Positions 26,840 to 40,819 are shown, counted from the first letter of the stretch. The stretch is 64,000 nt of DNA from Eledone cirrhosa (GCA_964016885.1 OZ024741.1:168764001-168828000); one strand, 5' to 3'. Program-made: numbers and translations. Notes: a model not told the origin generated them from the sequence alone.

Positions 26840-27157
26840 AAACGTAATTTCAGATCTCAATGTGTGGTATCTTGGGCAAGTGTCATTTACTATAGCTTCG
26901 AGTAAACCCAAGCTTTGTGAGTGAAACTAGGTAGACGGAAACTATGTAGATGCATGTAGGATTGATTGTCTCTGTAATTTAAAGGTCCAGCCTCATCACA
27001 CGTAGTGACGAGCTGATTCAGCTTGCGAATTGTGTTGTGGGTATACGTGTCTTTGGGATGTTTAAACACTAACATACTGAATAACAAGTTAGACGTTCAG
27101 TTGATCAAACAACTGATTGTTCATTGTTGAAAGCAACAGAGAACCCATCATCATCAT
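26840..27157. mobile_element. Two adjacent degenerate SINE fragments
   Basis: cttgggcaagtgtc CORE-like segment followed by a segment related to 16250-16460. Confidence 0.5.
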
Positions 27158-27260
27158 GTAAGTAATATGTAATTTAGCAAGCAAATACGTAAGTTAGTAT
27201 GTATGTTAGAACATAAGTAAGTATGTAAGTATGTATGTAAGTTAATATGTATATATACAT

Positions 27261-27338
<78 letters not shown>

Positions 27339-27818
27339 TTTACTGTCTCAGACATTGCAGTATTTGAAAAGTTTTCTGTTTGACCTCTCTATTGTTACTT
27401 CACTCTAGTGTGACGGCTATATTTGATAGTAAACATCTATAGAGAATTGAATAGATAAAAAAAAACTTCCAAAGAAGAATGATGAATACATCTATTGTGA
27501 TAAAGATATATTCATGGTGTTTCATTTTATTATTTAAACACAATTATTATTGTAAATCTGTGAAGCCCATTCCAATGAAAAATCTCTCCAAAACCCATAT
27601 TTAGCTCACTCCGCCACCCCTCTCTCTGTTCCCAGATAAGTATGTTCTTAAAGAATTGGCTTCTGATTCTATACGTAACATTTACGGGTCAACAAACATT
27701 ACAAAAGTAAGATGGTTATATTTATTGTGTGTATATATATATATACATATATATATATTATCTAGATATGGTTATATTGGAGCTTACCGATATAGATCCT
27801 GGTAAATATATATATATA

Positions 27819-27895
<77 letters not shown>

Positions 27896-27989
27896 GGTAG
27901 AACACTGGAGGGTAATATCCGTAGTAGTATAACACTCAGTCCATGGGAGGAGTTTGGTAGAAGTAGTAACACAACAGTTAGTTCACCAT

Positions 27990-28030
27990 ACCGAGAACAA
28001 TTGTTTCACTTTTCGGATCTTCAGCTCGGT
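27990..28030 (-). ncRNA. Hammerhead ribozyme in inverted pLTR segment
   Basis: ACCGAG CTGAAGA TCCGAAAAGT GAAA CAATTG TT| CTCGGT: 6-bp stem I, palindromic stem III, weak stem II. Confidence 0.65.
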
Positions 28031-30960
28031 CCGAGCTGAAGAACACAATGGCTACAAGAATATGAAAAAAAATATGGGAAAGTCCAAATAAAATCCAAAA
28101 AACAAGCCCATAAGAAACCCTCATATTCGGGAATATACAAAAACACAAGAAATGAAGAATTCTCACATAATAAACAAACATCAACCAGAAATCGGAGAAT
28201 CCCAAACACACAATTATACACAAACCAAATACTGAACACCAGAACCAGATACAACTACTATCAAAACCGCAAGAACAATTACCAGCGGCAAAATCGAAGA
28301 CATATGATGACCGAACGGAACAACAGAAGAACTAGACCCCATATATCAACCACCAAACAAAATACTACGGTTCAGAAAATTATCAACAAGAAATGCCAGC
28401 GAACAGAACATTTCACCACAACAGAAATACCGCTACCCCAAATGGGAATTATTATTGTTTAGAACAAGGTGCCTCCCACCAAATGAAAGGAAAAAAGAAA
28501 AAAACACCACGCTTCAAGTGGCACCCGACGAGAAAACTCCAAAGGAACCAACAATAATCAACATATCGGCAAAAAAAATAGCACAACAAGAAATAAAATT
28601 GCTAGAAAATGGACTGAAATTCACACCCACTCCAAAAGCAGATCAAGCCGACCTTTTAAAGACACAGAAGAATTTTTTCAAAATTTACCTCTAGGAGAAA
28701 TCTTCCAGGGTGTAGAATACGAAGAGGAATCACTAGTAAGAAACAAAAAGAACTTCAGGCCTCCGTTAAATAGAGCCAAACACCTGGAGGACTACATAAC
28801 CTACCTCCGACGATCAGCACAGTCAAATACTGCAGAGACGAAAAACAAACACAACATCCCTACAGACCAACTGCAAGCACTAAACAAACTACAAAAAGAC
28901 TCCTCAATAATCATAAAAAGAAGCGGACAAAGGTGGAGCAATCATCATCATGGACAAAAACCACTACAAGGATATGGTCCTAGAACAGCTGAATAACGAG
29001 GACCTTTACAGAAAAATCAGCAAAAAACGAAGAAAGAAAATCGATGATTAAAGTAGCCAAACTGACGACCAAGCACCAAAACAACCTCACACTAAAGGAA
29101 ATCAGTTACCTAACCAACTTCGAAATGAAAACCAACAACTTCTCTGGTTTACCGAAGGTTCACAAATCCAGAGAATTCCAAAACAAATTAAAAGGCAAAA
29201 ATACATCATATGTTGAACTACCAAAACCGGCAGATTTAAAATTACGCCCAATTGTTGCCGGTCCAGCTTCAAGCACACAACGTCTAAGCAACCTATTAGA
29301 CATCATATTGAAACCCTTATGTAAAAAAGTGCCAAGCTTCACCAGAGATGATATGGAATTCCTGAACTATATCTACCAGAAAGTACACCAAGAAACAATC
29401 TTAGTCAGCTTTGACGTAACAAGCTTATATACTAACATCACACACGACTTGGGAGTTGTAGCTGTTGACTTCTGGATTACAAAATATCCAAACTACATTT
29501 CAAAGAGATTCCCCCAAAAATTTATTTTGGAAGGACTCAAACTAGTACTGGAGAACAACCACCTCCTTTTTGATAACGAACTATATTTACAAATAAAAGG
29601 AACGGACATGGGCACCAAAGTGGACCCAACATATGCAATACTCGTTATGGGCCACCTGGAGGCAAAATTACATTCCAAACTGCAGAAAACATTCAGTCAA
29701 GACTTCGCCACCTACATTAATCACAACTGGAAACACTACCAAGACGACTGCTTCATCTTCTGGAATAGAAGCCAAGATGACCTTCAAAGATTCCATTCCA
29801 TCATAAACAATCTTCACGAAGAAATAAAATTCACCATGGAATGTAATAAAAAGGAACTACCGATTCTGGATATCCTTATCATTAAGGAAGGGGAAAATAT
29901 CAAAACGGACTTATTTTACAAACCAACAGACGCACACCAATACTTGAATTTCCGTTCAGCACACCCATCACATACCAAAAGGAACATTCCTTTTAACATG
30001 GCAAGACGCATCTGCACCATAATGACACACCCCACACTACAGGAAAAAAGATTATATGAATTAAAAAAGTTCCTTAAGAGGCAAGAATATCCGGTGAACC
30101 TCATCAACACAGCCATCTCCAAAGCCCAGAACACCCCAATGACAACACTGAGAAAAACAAAGCAACAAAATAGAATGGTAAAAACAGTTATCCCTTTTGT
30201 CATCACTCACAATCCAAGGAACTTTAACATTATAAAAGCCACCAAACAATATCTTCCGATTCTCCAGCAGTCCCCTAAAATGAATGCACTCATAAAAGAC
30301 GCACAAATTATATATAGTAGACGCCAAGCACCCAACCTAAAGAAACTGCTTACCAAGGCAAAATTTACGTCTAATAATGAAGCAATGCAAGTTAAGAAAT
30401 GCGGGGACCCTCGATGCGGAACTTGCGAACTCATTGAAGAGGGTGGACAAATCTCCTTTAAAAACAACCAGTCTTTCACAGTTAATACAAACATGAATTG
30501 TAAAACAAAATACTTGATTTACTGTGCAACCTGCCCACAATGTAAAGAATACTACATTGGTGAAACCGGAACGGGTCTACATGACAGAGTTCGAGTACAT
30601 AAACAACAAATTAGAGATCCCTCTGTCAGAAACACCACATGCAGTGAACACTTCGCAACGTGCGGAAAGGGAAGTTTCACAATTTTCCTCTTCTTTAAGA
30701 TATGGTCGGACAACGAACACTTCCGAAAATATAAAGAAGAATTCTTTATTAGAAAATACAAACCACTACTGAACACAAAAAAGTGATATTCCATCTTCAA
30801 GCAACGGGATTCTCCCTCTCTCTCTTTTCTTTAAAAAAATCTCATATTGAAAAAGAAAAATAGTTGATGACACCTGTATTTTAAAACATTCGATCGCTGA
30901 AGAGAAGAAAAACTCTCAGAGGTATAATAACATTTCATTAATTTCCCCTTCCCTACACCA
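28031..30960 (+). mobile_element. Neptune-type Penelope-like retroelement, near full length, frameshifted
   Basis: N-terminal IINIS..EIKLLENGLKFTPTP (about 28553-28635) and ADKGGAIIIMDK (about 28920-28960) out of frame with the main ORF. Confidence 0.85.
29044..30786 (+). CDS. Penelope-like reverse transcriptase plus GIY-YIG endonuclease
   Basis: GLPKVHK, LRPIV, SFDVTSLYTNI, GTDMGTKVDPTYA, YQDDCF, FYKPTD, CGDPRCGTC, LIYC.TC.QC..YIGETG..RVRVH; substitutions in motifs and lost N-terminus suggest inactivity. Confidence 0.9.
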   Translation: MIKVAKLTTKHQNNLTLKEISYLTNFEMKTNNFSGLPKVHKSREFQNKLKGKNTSYVELPKPADLKLRPIVAGPASSTQRLSNLLDIILKPLCKKVPSFTRDDMEFLNYIYQKVHQETILVSFDVTSLYTNITHDLGVVAVDFWITKYPNYISKRFPQKFILEGLKLVLENNHLLFDNELYLQIKGTDMGTKVDPTYAILVMGHLEAKLHSKLQKTFSQDFATYINHNWKHYQDDCFIFWNRSQDDLQRFHSIINNLHEEIKFTMECNKKELPILDILIIKEGENIKTDLFYKPTDAHQYLNFRSAHPSHTKRNIPFNMARRICTIMTHPTLQEKRLYELKKFLKRQEYPVNLINTAISKAQNTPMTTLRKTKQQNRMVKTVIPFVITHNPRNFNIIKATKQYLPILQQSPKMNALIKDAQIIYSRRQAPNLKKLLTKAKFTSNNEAMQVKKCGDPRCGTCELIEEGGQISFKNNQSFTVNTNMNCKTKYLIYCATCPQCKEYYIGETGTGLHDRVRVHKQQIRDPSVRNTTCSEHFATCGKGSFTIFLFFKIWSDNEHFRKYKEEFFIRKYKPLLNTKK

Positions 30961-31336
30961 ATGTATATATGAACTTAAACACTTGAGTGTATATGTATGT
31001 ATAGATGTGTTTTTTTTATATATGTGCCTGTAGGTATACAGATATATGTGTACATGTTTGTGAGGTATGTGTGCATATGTGTGGGTGTATATTTATATGT
31101 GTGTGTATGTATGCACGTGCGTATATATGTATGTGTGTGTGTATATGTATGCGTGGATATGTGTATAATATATTTATATGTATCTTATCGATCGACATTC
31201 GTCAAATCGGACCGAGGAAACAATGTTTCCATTGGTCTTTCCAATTGCTAATACTATCTATCGGTCGCCCGGTCCGGGAATCGAACTCACAACCTCAAGA
31301 TTGCGAATCCAATTCTCTAACCAATCAGCCACACGC

Positions 31337-32121
31337 TATATGTATATATATATAGTATATATATATATGTATATGTAAAATATATATATGTAGGAGGTAT
31401 AAAATGTGTATATATGGAATATATATGTGTACGTATGTGTATATAAAATGTGTGGAATATATATATATATGTGTATATGTATATGTATGTGTGTGTGTAT
31501 GTATATATGTGTGTGTATATATGTGTGTGTATGGGATATATATATATATATGTATGTATATATATATATATGTGTGTATATATGTGTGTGCATATATATG
31601 TGGGAGATATATATAATATGTATGCAGGATATGTATAGTGTATATATAGGATGTATATGATATATGTGTGGGATACATGTGTGGTATATATATAGGATAT
31701 ATATGGTGTGTATATAACATGTAAGTATGGTATATGTGTAAAAAAAATATATATGGGGTGTGTATATAATATATATATGTATGTAGAAAAAATATATATG
31801 TGTGTGTATGTGGTGTATATATATATGTATGTGTTTGAAATATATGTATATGTATGTATGGGATATATATATATGTATGTTTAGTGTGTATGTGTGTATA
31901 AGATATATATATATGTGTATATGTATATATATATACATATATATGTGTGTATATGTGTGTGTGTATATATATATATATATAAATATATATATGTGTGTTT
32001 GTATAATATGTATATATGTGTTTGGTGTATGTATATATATATATATGTTATGTGTATGTGTGTATACATATATACACATATATATACGCACATACATATA
32101 TATATACACACATATATATGT

Positions 32122-32185
<64 letters not shown>

Positions 32186-32451
32186 ACACATATACGTACA
32201 CATACATACACATATATACACACATACATATATATATGCACACACACATATATATACACACACATTTTATATATATTTTATACACATATTTATATACATA
32301 CCATATATATATATACTACATATATACACACATACACACATATATATATATATATGTGTGTGTGTGTATATATGTAGTATATATATATATATATGGTATG
32401 TATATATATATGTGTGTGTGTATATATGTGTATGTAAGTGTACTATATGTG

Positions 32452-32482
<31 letters not shown>

Positions 32483-32550
32483 TAGTGTGTATATATGTGT
32501 GTATGTATATATGTGTGTTGATATGTGTCCGAATGTAGTATATATGGACT
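31337..32550. repeat. Degenerate TA/TG/CA microsatellite field
   Basis: Direct observation. Confidence 0.9.
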
Positions 32551-32933
32551 ATAGATAGATTTACATATAGGGAAGTGAATATGTGAGCCAGCATGTCCCC
32601 CCACACTCCCTGTCCCAGACCAATATCAACAACACATCTTTGACAAATATTCCCAAACAATCCTTCTGTTCTCTTTTTCCTGTCATCCCATTCTTATCAA
32701 AAGACATGTATCTTACACCTCGTTAAAACCCAGACAAGCACCTAAATTCATCTTTGATATAGCAATTTGTAGAAGGTATTCTTTATTGATTTGGAAGAGT
32801 TGATTCAGCTATGTCATTATAAACTGATCAAAGGTCAGCTAATGAAATAAAACCAGCAGGAGAGTAGGTTTATAACCACCTTCTCAAACACCCTTATCTT
32901 ACAACCTCACCATTTTCTGAGTGTATATATATA

Positions 32934-32966
<33 letters not shown>

Positions 32967-33360
32967 GTGTGTGTGTGTGCATGTATACTTGAATTCCTCC
33001 GGACCTTCATCATTATCAACACTCATTAACACCACACGCCACACCGCAGACACATCCAAATCTCTCTCTTATATATAGTCACACATTTCAACACAACCTG
33101 ATCTCAGTTTGACAATCGCCAGAGACAGAGGAATGCGAGAAAGTTGTCCAACCCAAGTTAACAAGGAATCTTTAAAATTCTTCCCACCGAAGTTAACAAA
33201 GAACTTACTGGATCTAACAATTCATAATATTATAATATTATAACATTAAATCATAAATTTTTTAACACTACAAGTAAAGTCATTCTTTTCCTTTTTTTTT
33301 CAAATATACCTAACTGTAGCAAGGATCTCACACATTTTCCAATATATATATATATATATA

Positions 33361-33696
33361 TGGCGGCTGCCAACTCGTTTTCGAGTACGGCCACTACTTT
33401 ATATCCATGTAGGAGAACCCCTACCGATGCGCTGAACGAATGTGACTTTTTAGTCCAGCCAGCGACTTGAAAACTATGGTACAAACACTTGTGACAATTA
33501 TTGACACATAGTGCTGGGCCCATGGTACCATGTGACGACAAAGGCAGAGAGATCTCCAGATATAAAGCAATGCCTGTGCCGTGAAGCTTTTATAGTGAGC
33601 AAAGGCACTGCACAAAGCCAGTCCCACTCTCTTAACCAAGATGATATTTACCAAAAAGAAGAACAAGTCAACATCATTGGATACCATCAGGATTGC

Positions 33697-33697
<1 letters not shown>
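33361..33697 (-). mobile_element. RTE-derived non-autonomous element retaining a C2H2 finger relic
   Basis: NNCHK../..FKSLAGLKSHIRSAH; 3' end ccgtactcgaaaacgagttggcagcc related to 38064-38095. Confidence 0.6.
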
Positions 33698-33772
<75 letters not shown>

Positions 33773-33783
33773 TATATACGTTA

Positions 33784-33854
<71 letters not shown>

Positions 33855-33894
33855 GATATTAAACAAATGGAAACTATATTTATAAAACCATATT

Positions 33895-33960
33895 TATTTC
33901 ATTATACATATTTCAGGGATACCATATTAAAAATATGGCATGCCTTCGTCAGATAAAATA
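33895..33960 (-). ncRNA. Hammerhead ribozyme (paralog of 23022-23087)
   Basis: TATTTTAT CTGACGA AGGCATGCCATATT-TTT-AATATGGTATCCCT GAAA TATGTA TA| ATGAAATA. Confidence 0.8.
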
Positions 33961-34509
33961 CAATATATGAACTGTTTTATAAATAATTTTGACGTACCAT
34001 AAATATAAGCGACCATTAAGGTAGTAAGCTGGCTTGGTAGTGAGGAGTTTATAATTATTTAGTTATAGTGTTAAGCACAGTTAGAAAGAAAGACAGAGAA
34101 AAAGAGGAAATGTATGTAACGAAAAACAGAGAGAAATAGAGAGAAATATGGGAGAGATAAAGAAGGAGGAGGTGAAAAAAGAGAGGCAACCGAAGGCAAC
34201 AGATGAATAATAATAATTCACCATACAAAAAGAGAAATTTAAGAGAGAGGGAGTACAGTAATTATTTAGTTATAGTGTTAAGCACAGTTAGAGAAGAGAC
34301 GGAGAGAGAAAAAAAAATGGAGATGAAGAGAAAACAGAGAGAGAGATAGAGAGAGAGAGAGGTGGGAGGAAAAGAAAGAGGGAGGAAAAATAATAATAGT
34401 TATATAGGAGGAGGTGAAAACCAAGAGAGAAATACGAGAGAAACATGAGAGGCAAAGTCAAAGTGACAGATACATAAACTTCATCATATATAAAGAGAGG
34501 AGAAGAATA

Positions 34510-34781
34510 TATATTAAGACAGGGGGGAAGAAAAAATGGCTTCACTTGTGCTTTTAACAAATTTATTTTCTTCACAAAATCCCAAAAGAATTTTTTTCCA
34601 GATTAGAAAAAAATTTTTTTTTTTTTTTCTTAAAAAAAATTATTTTATAAAAATTATTTTTTAAGAAAAAAAAAATTTTTTTTCTAATCCGGAAAAAAAA
34701 TTCTTTTGGGATTTTGTGAAGAAAATAAATTTGTTGAAAGCACAAGTGAAGCCATTTTTTCTTCCCCCCTGTCTTAATATA
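34510..34781. repeat. ~270-bp near-perfect palindrome
   Basis: tattaagacaggggggaag...cttcccccctgtcttaata with homopolymer-rich centre. Confidence 0.85.
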
Positions 34782-34829
34782 CCTAACTGTACCAAGGATT
34801 ACACACATTTTCCAATATATATATATATA

Positions 34830-35640
34830 TTTTGAAATTTAAATCTGTCCAGGAATCATGGCAGTTGCCAATATAAGATTGTCTTTATTGACTTATATCG
34901 AGACAGACAAATTGTATTCACTTTAATTAGTTTATTTCATTAATAGCTGACTGTCTGTTGCAATGCAAACACGTTTTGTGTTTATCATATATTTTAATGT
35001 ATTTAACTGCTCGGAAATGACCCTTTCCTGGAGCTTAATTATTGTAAAGGACTGAGAGCTTATTCTCAAAATATTATATAGTATATTGCTCCTTAAATGT
35101 TAGAGCTGATTTTTAATCCCGCATATATGGCTGTTATTTCTAGCACCGTTAATGCGGGACGGCTAGTTTGGTCTGGCTATACACGTGTAGTCAGACTTGC
35201 AAAATTTTTTGATGTGAAATGTACTGATTTCTACTGGATTCCTGTTGATATGCACAGAAGATTTGGATATTTCACTTTTTATTTCAATTCCATTTCGATT
35301 CTCTTTATTTTTTAAATTCACATACCACCATTGCGAAACGGATTTAGGTTTCGAGGTTCAAATTCGTCTACAGAACAGGTTTGGATTTTGAAATTTAAAT
35401 CTGTCCAGGAATCATGGCAGTTGCCAATATAAGATTGTCTTTATTGACTTATATCGAGACAGACAAATTGTATTCACTTTAATTAGTTTATTTCATTAAT
35501 AGCTGACTGTCTGTTGCAATGCAAACACGTTTTGTGTTTATCATATATTTTAATGTATTTAACTGCTCGGAAATGACCCTTTCCTGGAGCTTAATTATTG
35601 TAAAGGACTGAGAGCTTATTCTTAAAATATTATATAGTAT
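34830..35640. repeat. Partial tandem (about 1.45 copies of a 556-bp unit) between TA runs
   Basis: 34830-35086 almost identical to 35386-35642. Confidence 0.85.
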
Positions 35641-35698
35641 ATATATATATATATATATATATATGGAGTGTAACTTCATTTACTTATACCATTTTAAA

Positions 35699-35785
35699 GG
35701 GTCCGTCGAGCTGCCGATTATTGAGTCGGGTAAGATCGATACAGATCGAACCTTTTGCTGATCAGTGGCGAAATGCGCGTCACCT
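35699..35785 (+). ncRNA. Hammerhead-like motif with extended stem II (paralog 59396-59480, minus)
   Basis: GGGT CCGTCGA GCT..~55 nt..GGC GAAA TGCGCG TC| ACCT; the two copies give a CCGACGA consensus core. Confidence 0.55.
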
Positions 35786-35870
35786 ACCAATAATTGTAAT
35801 GAAGGAGTAACCAATTGTCCTTGTTATCCTTTCAATATATATATATATATAATATATATGTATATATATA

Positions 35871-35971
<101 letters not shown>

Positions 35972-36396
35972 TATAATATAATATATATATATATACATAT
36001 ATATATAATATAATATATATATTTATACATATATATAATATAATATTATATATATATACATATATATAATATAATATAATATATATATATATATATATAT
36101 ACATATATATAATATAATATAATATATATATATATATATATATACATATATATAATATATATATATATATATACATATATATGTATATATATATATGTGT
36201 AAGTATGTATGGATACGTACATACATATATGTATACAGACGTACAGTAGTATGTATATATATATACATACATGAACACATATATATATGCACGTATCGGT
36301 TTACCGAACATTTATTATAATGCTCTGTTTGTTTGTTTGTATATATATATATCAAAATGAAAATCTGAAGACAAGGTAAAGTTCCAATCATTTTAA

Positions 36397-36470
36397 TCAC
36401 GATACATGTTTCAATAAGAGACAGATCAATCGTAAAGCCATGATCAATTATCACTGATCTCATCAGGTAA
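36397..36470 (-). ncRNA. Hammerhead-like motif with long stem II region
   Basis: TTAC CTGATGA GATCAG..TTGATC..TT GAAA CATGTA TC| GTGA. Confidence 0.5.
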
Positions 36471-37000
36471 AAATGAATTGTCTTCAAATTCTTGATATGA
36501 GGGAGAAAATTAGCAATGTTCACTCAAAGAGTTTATTCCCTCATATGAAGATTCAGTAGTCAGAAATACGGCGACTGCTATCAGCTTCAGTTAGGGTCAT
36601 AAAACTGTCAAATCTACATAGCTGCAAAGGACGCTGGACATTAATCAGATCTGTAGAAATACAGTCGGTCACAGTTAAAGTGAGTGGGTACACACACACT
36701 CAACACCCATACACACCGGCTCGAGGTCTAAAAAAAAAAATATATATATATATATATATAACACATATCAACACAGCATCAAACCTGTAGAACCATAAAA
36801 GGTCACAATTAGTGTGAGTGGGTACACACACACACTCTCACACACACCGAAGCGATGTCATAGAAAAAAACAACAAATATAAGAATAAGAATATACCAAC
36901 ACAGCATTCACCGAAATTTCGTTTACAAAACAACAAATGCTACATTGGTCAAATCTCCATTTGACGATGTAAATTGGAAATATTGGGTTAACCACAGCCC

Positions 37001-37032
<32 letters not shown>

Positions 37033-37416
37033 AGCAAGTAAGTTCAGTTCAGTGTTCCGTTATACATGTATAGATTGAATTGTAACATCCGTATCTTCAA
37101 GTGTATGTTATGGTATATACACATCCGTATCATCCGAAAAAGGGTATGTCTGGGTATATACACATCCATGTGAATAGCAAGCAATCAGCTCACATCGAAC
37201 TCAGTATGTACTGAACCAGATCAATAATGATCTATAATGATTTGATCCAGAAACATTATATGGAGTAGCGAAACAATTGTAAACGGACATTATTAGTATT
37301 ATTATTATTATTATTATTATTATTCTTTACATTCCTTACATTAAACTAAAACTATGTTGACAATCTTTTAATAATGTCTTCCTTGTGAAATTTGTGGTCT
37401 TGTTTTGCTTAACTAA

Positions 37417-37469
<53 letters not shown>

Positions 37470-37472
<3 letters not shown>

Positions 37473-38095
37473 GGGTCACTCTTGAGTGCTACTTGTAACA
37501 TGTAACCCAGTACAAACTGTCGCATGGTCGGGACGTCGGCGACTAAACTGGCAACCCCACCAAGTTTACTTGGTGAGGAGGGTGATTTTGGATACCCTGC
37601 AGGACAAAAATCAAAACCTTACAAAGGGCGGGAGAACTCATAAGAGTCAACGGCCATCCAAAAGTGAGTCAATATGTATATACACATGTACATATGTATG
37701 TATATGTATATGTGTATATACATGGGTGCATGTGTATGTATATGCGCGGGGACATAGGAATAGTCGGGCTGGACACCCGATAAGGCAGTTAAACCACTGG
37801 GAATGAAGGACCCCTAGCCTTTGTCAGGGCATTCGTCTAGGAGAAGGCAACTCAGGAAACTGGGATAACTCCGATATAAAATCTGCAGCTCAGTAGTTAC
37901 CGATGATGTTGATCTTTTCTTCTTTTCGGGTAGTAGCTACTGTCGCTCGGAGAGTGGGATTGGCTCAGTGCACAGTCTTTCCTCACTTTAAAATATATCT
38001 TCACGCACAGGCATTGCACGATAGAATTAATTAATATTTATTAATAATGGTATATCGTGCAATGGCCATACTCGATAACGAGGGGGCAGCCATCA
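37470..38095 (+). mobile_element. Non-autonomous RTE-derived element (copy of 1238-1887)
   Basis: Alignable over its full length, including the internal TA/TG tract. Confidence 0.7.
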
Positions 38096-38109
38096 TATAC
38101 TGCTATATA

Positions 38110-38982
38110 TATAAAGCAGTATATTATTTGAAGGCTCCTACAATGCAAAACAGACGGTATGTTTCGGAATAAATTGAAGGCAACAAAGATGATGGCGAAT
38201 CACCTGTTATTTACCTGTCCTAATATTTCGGGTCTAAAATTTTTTGTCAGAAACTATGATAAGAAACTGAGTCGACGTTTGTGTGTTGTTATCAGTTCGC
38301 CATATAATTTTCATTTGTTTGTAAGCTGACAGGAGTGACGCCGTCTATGGACTGACGTGTATAATGTAGTGTTAGTATGTGTGCGTGTTCCAGTCAAAAG
38401 TTGTGTGTTTTTGTTTGTTTTTACGTCATTTTTATGCAAATGTTGTATAAAGTTGCAATAGATTGTATAGTTTAGCTATTCCAGATTGAGTTACGTATTT
38501 GGACTTATGTATGCGTACATGTATATGTCAAATGTTGTGTGTATAGTTGTAATCGTGTTTAGAGTTAGCTATTATGCGTGTGTGCATTATTATCTCAGAA
38601 GTTACGTGTGTGCAATTTTATGTTAAGTATTGAGTGTTGAGTTCAAATCTGTTGTTGATTTGTGGGTTTAATCTTGCTATTAATATTCCTTCTTTGATTA
38701 TAAGTTCCTCTCTCTCCCTGGCTTCAATAGTAACTAGTATATTTTTGTTGTTAGCTTTTCTATTTGTCTAAGTATTTGATGAAGGTGGATGTGTGTGTAT
38801 TGAGATGTTCTTTAATGCGGGTGTGGAGAGATCAAACATTACTACCGATGAAAAATCCCTGCATTTGTCGCATTGAATGGGGTATATTACATATGTTCGT
38901 TGGCACATACTTGTGTCATCAATGGGATAGTTTGCCAGCGTGCATTGGCAGTTGTTGTTCTTGGGTCGCTTTTTGTCCCTGA
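38110..38982 (-). mobile_element. Degraded Penelope-like GIY-YIG fragment with 3' region
   Basis: CTLANYPIDDTSMCQRTYVIYPIQCDKC..FIGS..SLHTRIKEHL...IIKEGILIARLNPQINNRFE, with frameshifts. Confidence 0.7.
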
Positions 38983-39039
38983 ATATTTATATATAAATAC
39001 ATTTATTCATATATATGCATACATACACTCCCTCAAACA

Positions 39040-39123
<84 letters not shown>

Positions 39124-39222
39124 TATATATATATATATACACCCCCACTCTCAAGCGTGAACCTAATACTAACACATTGTACTGCACTCTTCGCTTTGAT
39201 TTTGTTTTCTGTTTTAACTATA

Positions 39223-39257
<35 letters not shown>

Positions 39258-39271
39258 TATATCATTTCATC

Positions 39272-39325
<54 letters not shown>

Positions 39326-39420
39326 TTTCATCATTTATATATATATACATATATTACTTTGATAACTTTGATAGGTTTCGCCCAGTATTGGCCCACACCA
39401 TGTCTAACTTAATAGCACCC

Positions 39421-39476
<56 letters not shown>

Positions 39477-39499
39477 TATATATATATAAAGATAGGAAA

Positions 39500-39800
39500 T
39501 ATTTAGAAGTTTAGTTTGATATCCTCGATTTTTACTCATCGACATCAAGATCACTACAAATTATGTTTTTAAATTTCACGTGCACGTTCACCACTAATGA
39601 CTTTAAGAGAAACCTAACTAGGCGTTCTTGCAAAACTCTCCTCTTCAATAGTAGGTACAGCTGGGTGAAAAACATCAAGCAAAGAATATATTTGACATCA
39701 CAATTGAGTCAGAAAAGAACACGGACATGTGAAACCTGGCTGGCTTATATATCCTGGATATACTGAACTCCAGTTCCCTTTCATCATTTCAAGGTTAATT
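39500..39800 (+). pseudogene. Naiad-type Penelope RT fragment
   Basis: FDILDFYSS, SCKTLLFNSRYSWVK, FDITI, TCE..GLYILDILN across frameshifts. Confidence 0.6.
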
Positions 39801-40467
39801 TCTTGACTAGGCAGATCCAAACAACTCAAACACACATTAGCGGAACAACGGAGGTCCAACTTATAACATTAGAATATATATTTCTGACATTGGCACAAGA
39901 CTACAACACTATGGATTGGAAGTAATACAGTCGGCTGAATCAACACATTATATGACTTAGAGTTATAAAGCATCTGTAGGCAGTCGCGGACTGACCAGGT
40001 TGCCATGTTGCTCAATGGCAAGTGGAGCCCAGGGGGCGCACGTTATATTACAAGAGCCCACAGTAGCATTGCAGGGCTCACTGTAGTATTTTAGGGACCA
40101 TTGGTTTGCTTTCAAAAAATACCTGAAAGCTAAGAGAAAGAATAAAATAAACATTTTTTTTTAAAATTAAGCAAAGCATTTGGTCAACCAATTCCCCAGG
40201 GAATTAATAGAAACCAAAATATATGATAGTGTAAACAGCTGGAATCAGTGGTAGTACATTCTACTAAATCTAAAGCTTAGTGTATTCCTTCATGTATGCA
40301 AACATACAAATATAGACACAGACACACAAGCATATATATATATATATATATATATTTGTATACTTACACACGAACTACTGACCAAATAATATTTGGTATC
40401 AATGGGTTAAAGACATCTGTCATATCTATTAGTGGTGAAGGTGGTGTGTATATATATATATATATAT

Positions 40468-40758
40468 GATCAGCCAGTCTGCCAATATGCAAATCAGGCC
40501 AATCAGACTCTGTATATTTTAGAAAATATCATATATTTTCACTAGCTCTGACAGTTGACAGGTGAACAGTGAACTGTACTGATGAAGGGTAATACCCAGA
40601 AACATTAGTGTCTGCAGTTCTGTTTACATGCCAACACAAGAGCTAGAATGAGGGGCTCATTCTACTGACATGGCTTTAAAAATGAGGCTTGTTTGCATAA
40701 TTGCAAACGAATCGAATATTATTATTAATATTCGAAAAACTCAGATTACATTTATTAT
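40468..40758 (+). mobile_element. Retrozyme-like unit, family A, 5'-truncated
   Basis: Near-identical to 42795-43081; octamer at 40487-40494. Confidence 0.75.
40562..40627 (+). ncRNA. Hammerhead ribozyme, full type I
   Basis: GTGAACAG-TG-AACTGTA CTGATGA A-GGGT-AAT-ACCC-A GAAA CA-TTAG-TG TC| TGCAGTTCTGTTTAC; bulged stem I, GUC site at 40610-40612. Confidence 0.9.
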
Positions 40759-40780
40759 TATTATATATATACACACACAT

Positions 40781-40819
<39 letters not shown>

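Noticed and set aside
34510-34781. Large palindrome as a functional hairpin
   Set aside because: The homopolymer-degraded centre is typical of sequencing or consensus error in fold-backs; needs read support
37207-37265. ctgaacca-gatcaa..ttgatc-cagaaa hammerhead-like motif
   Set aside because: Core has several substitutions and stems I and III are not convincing
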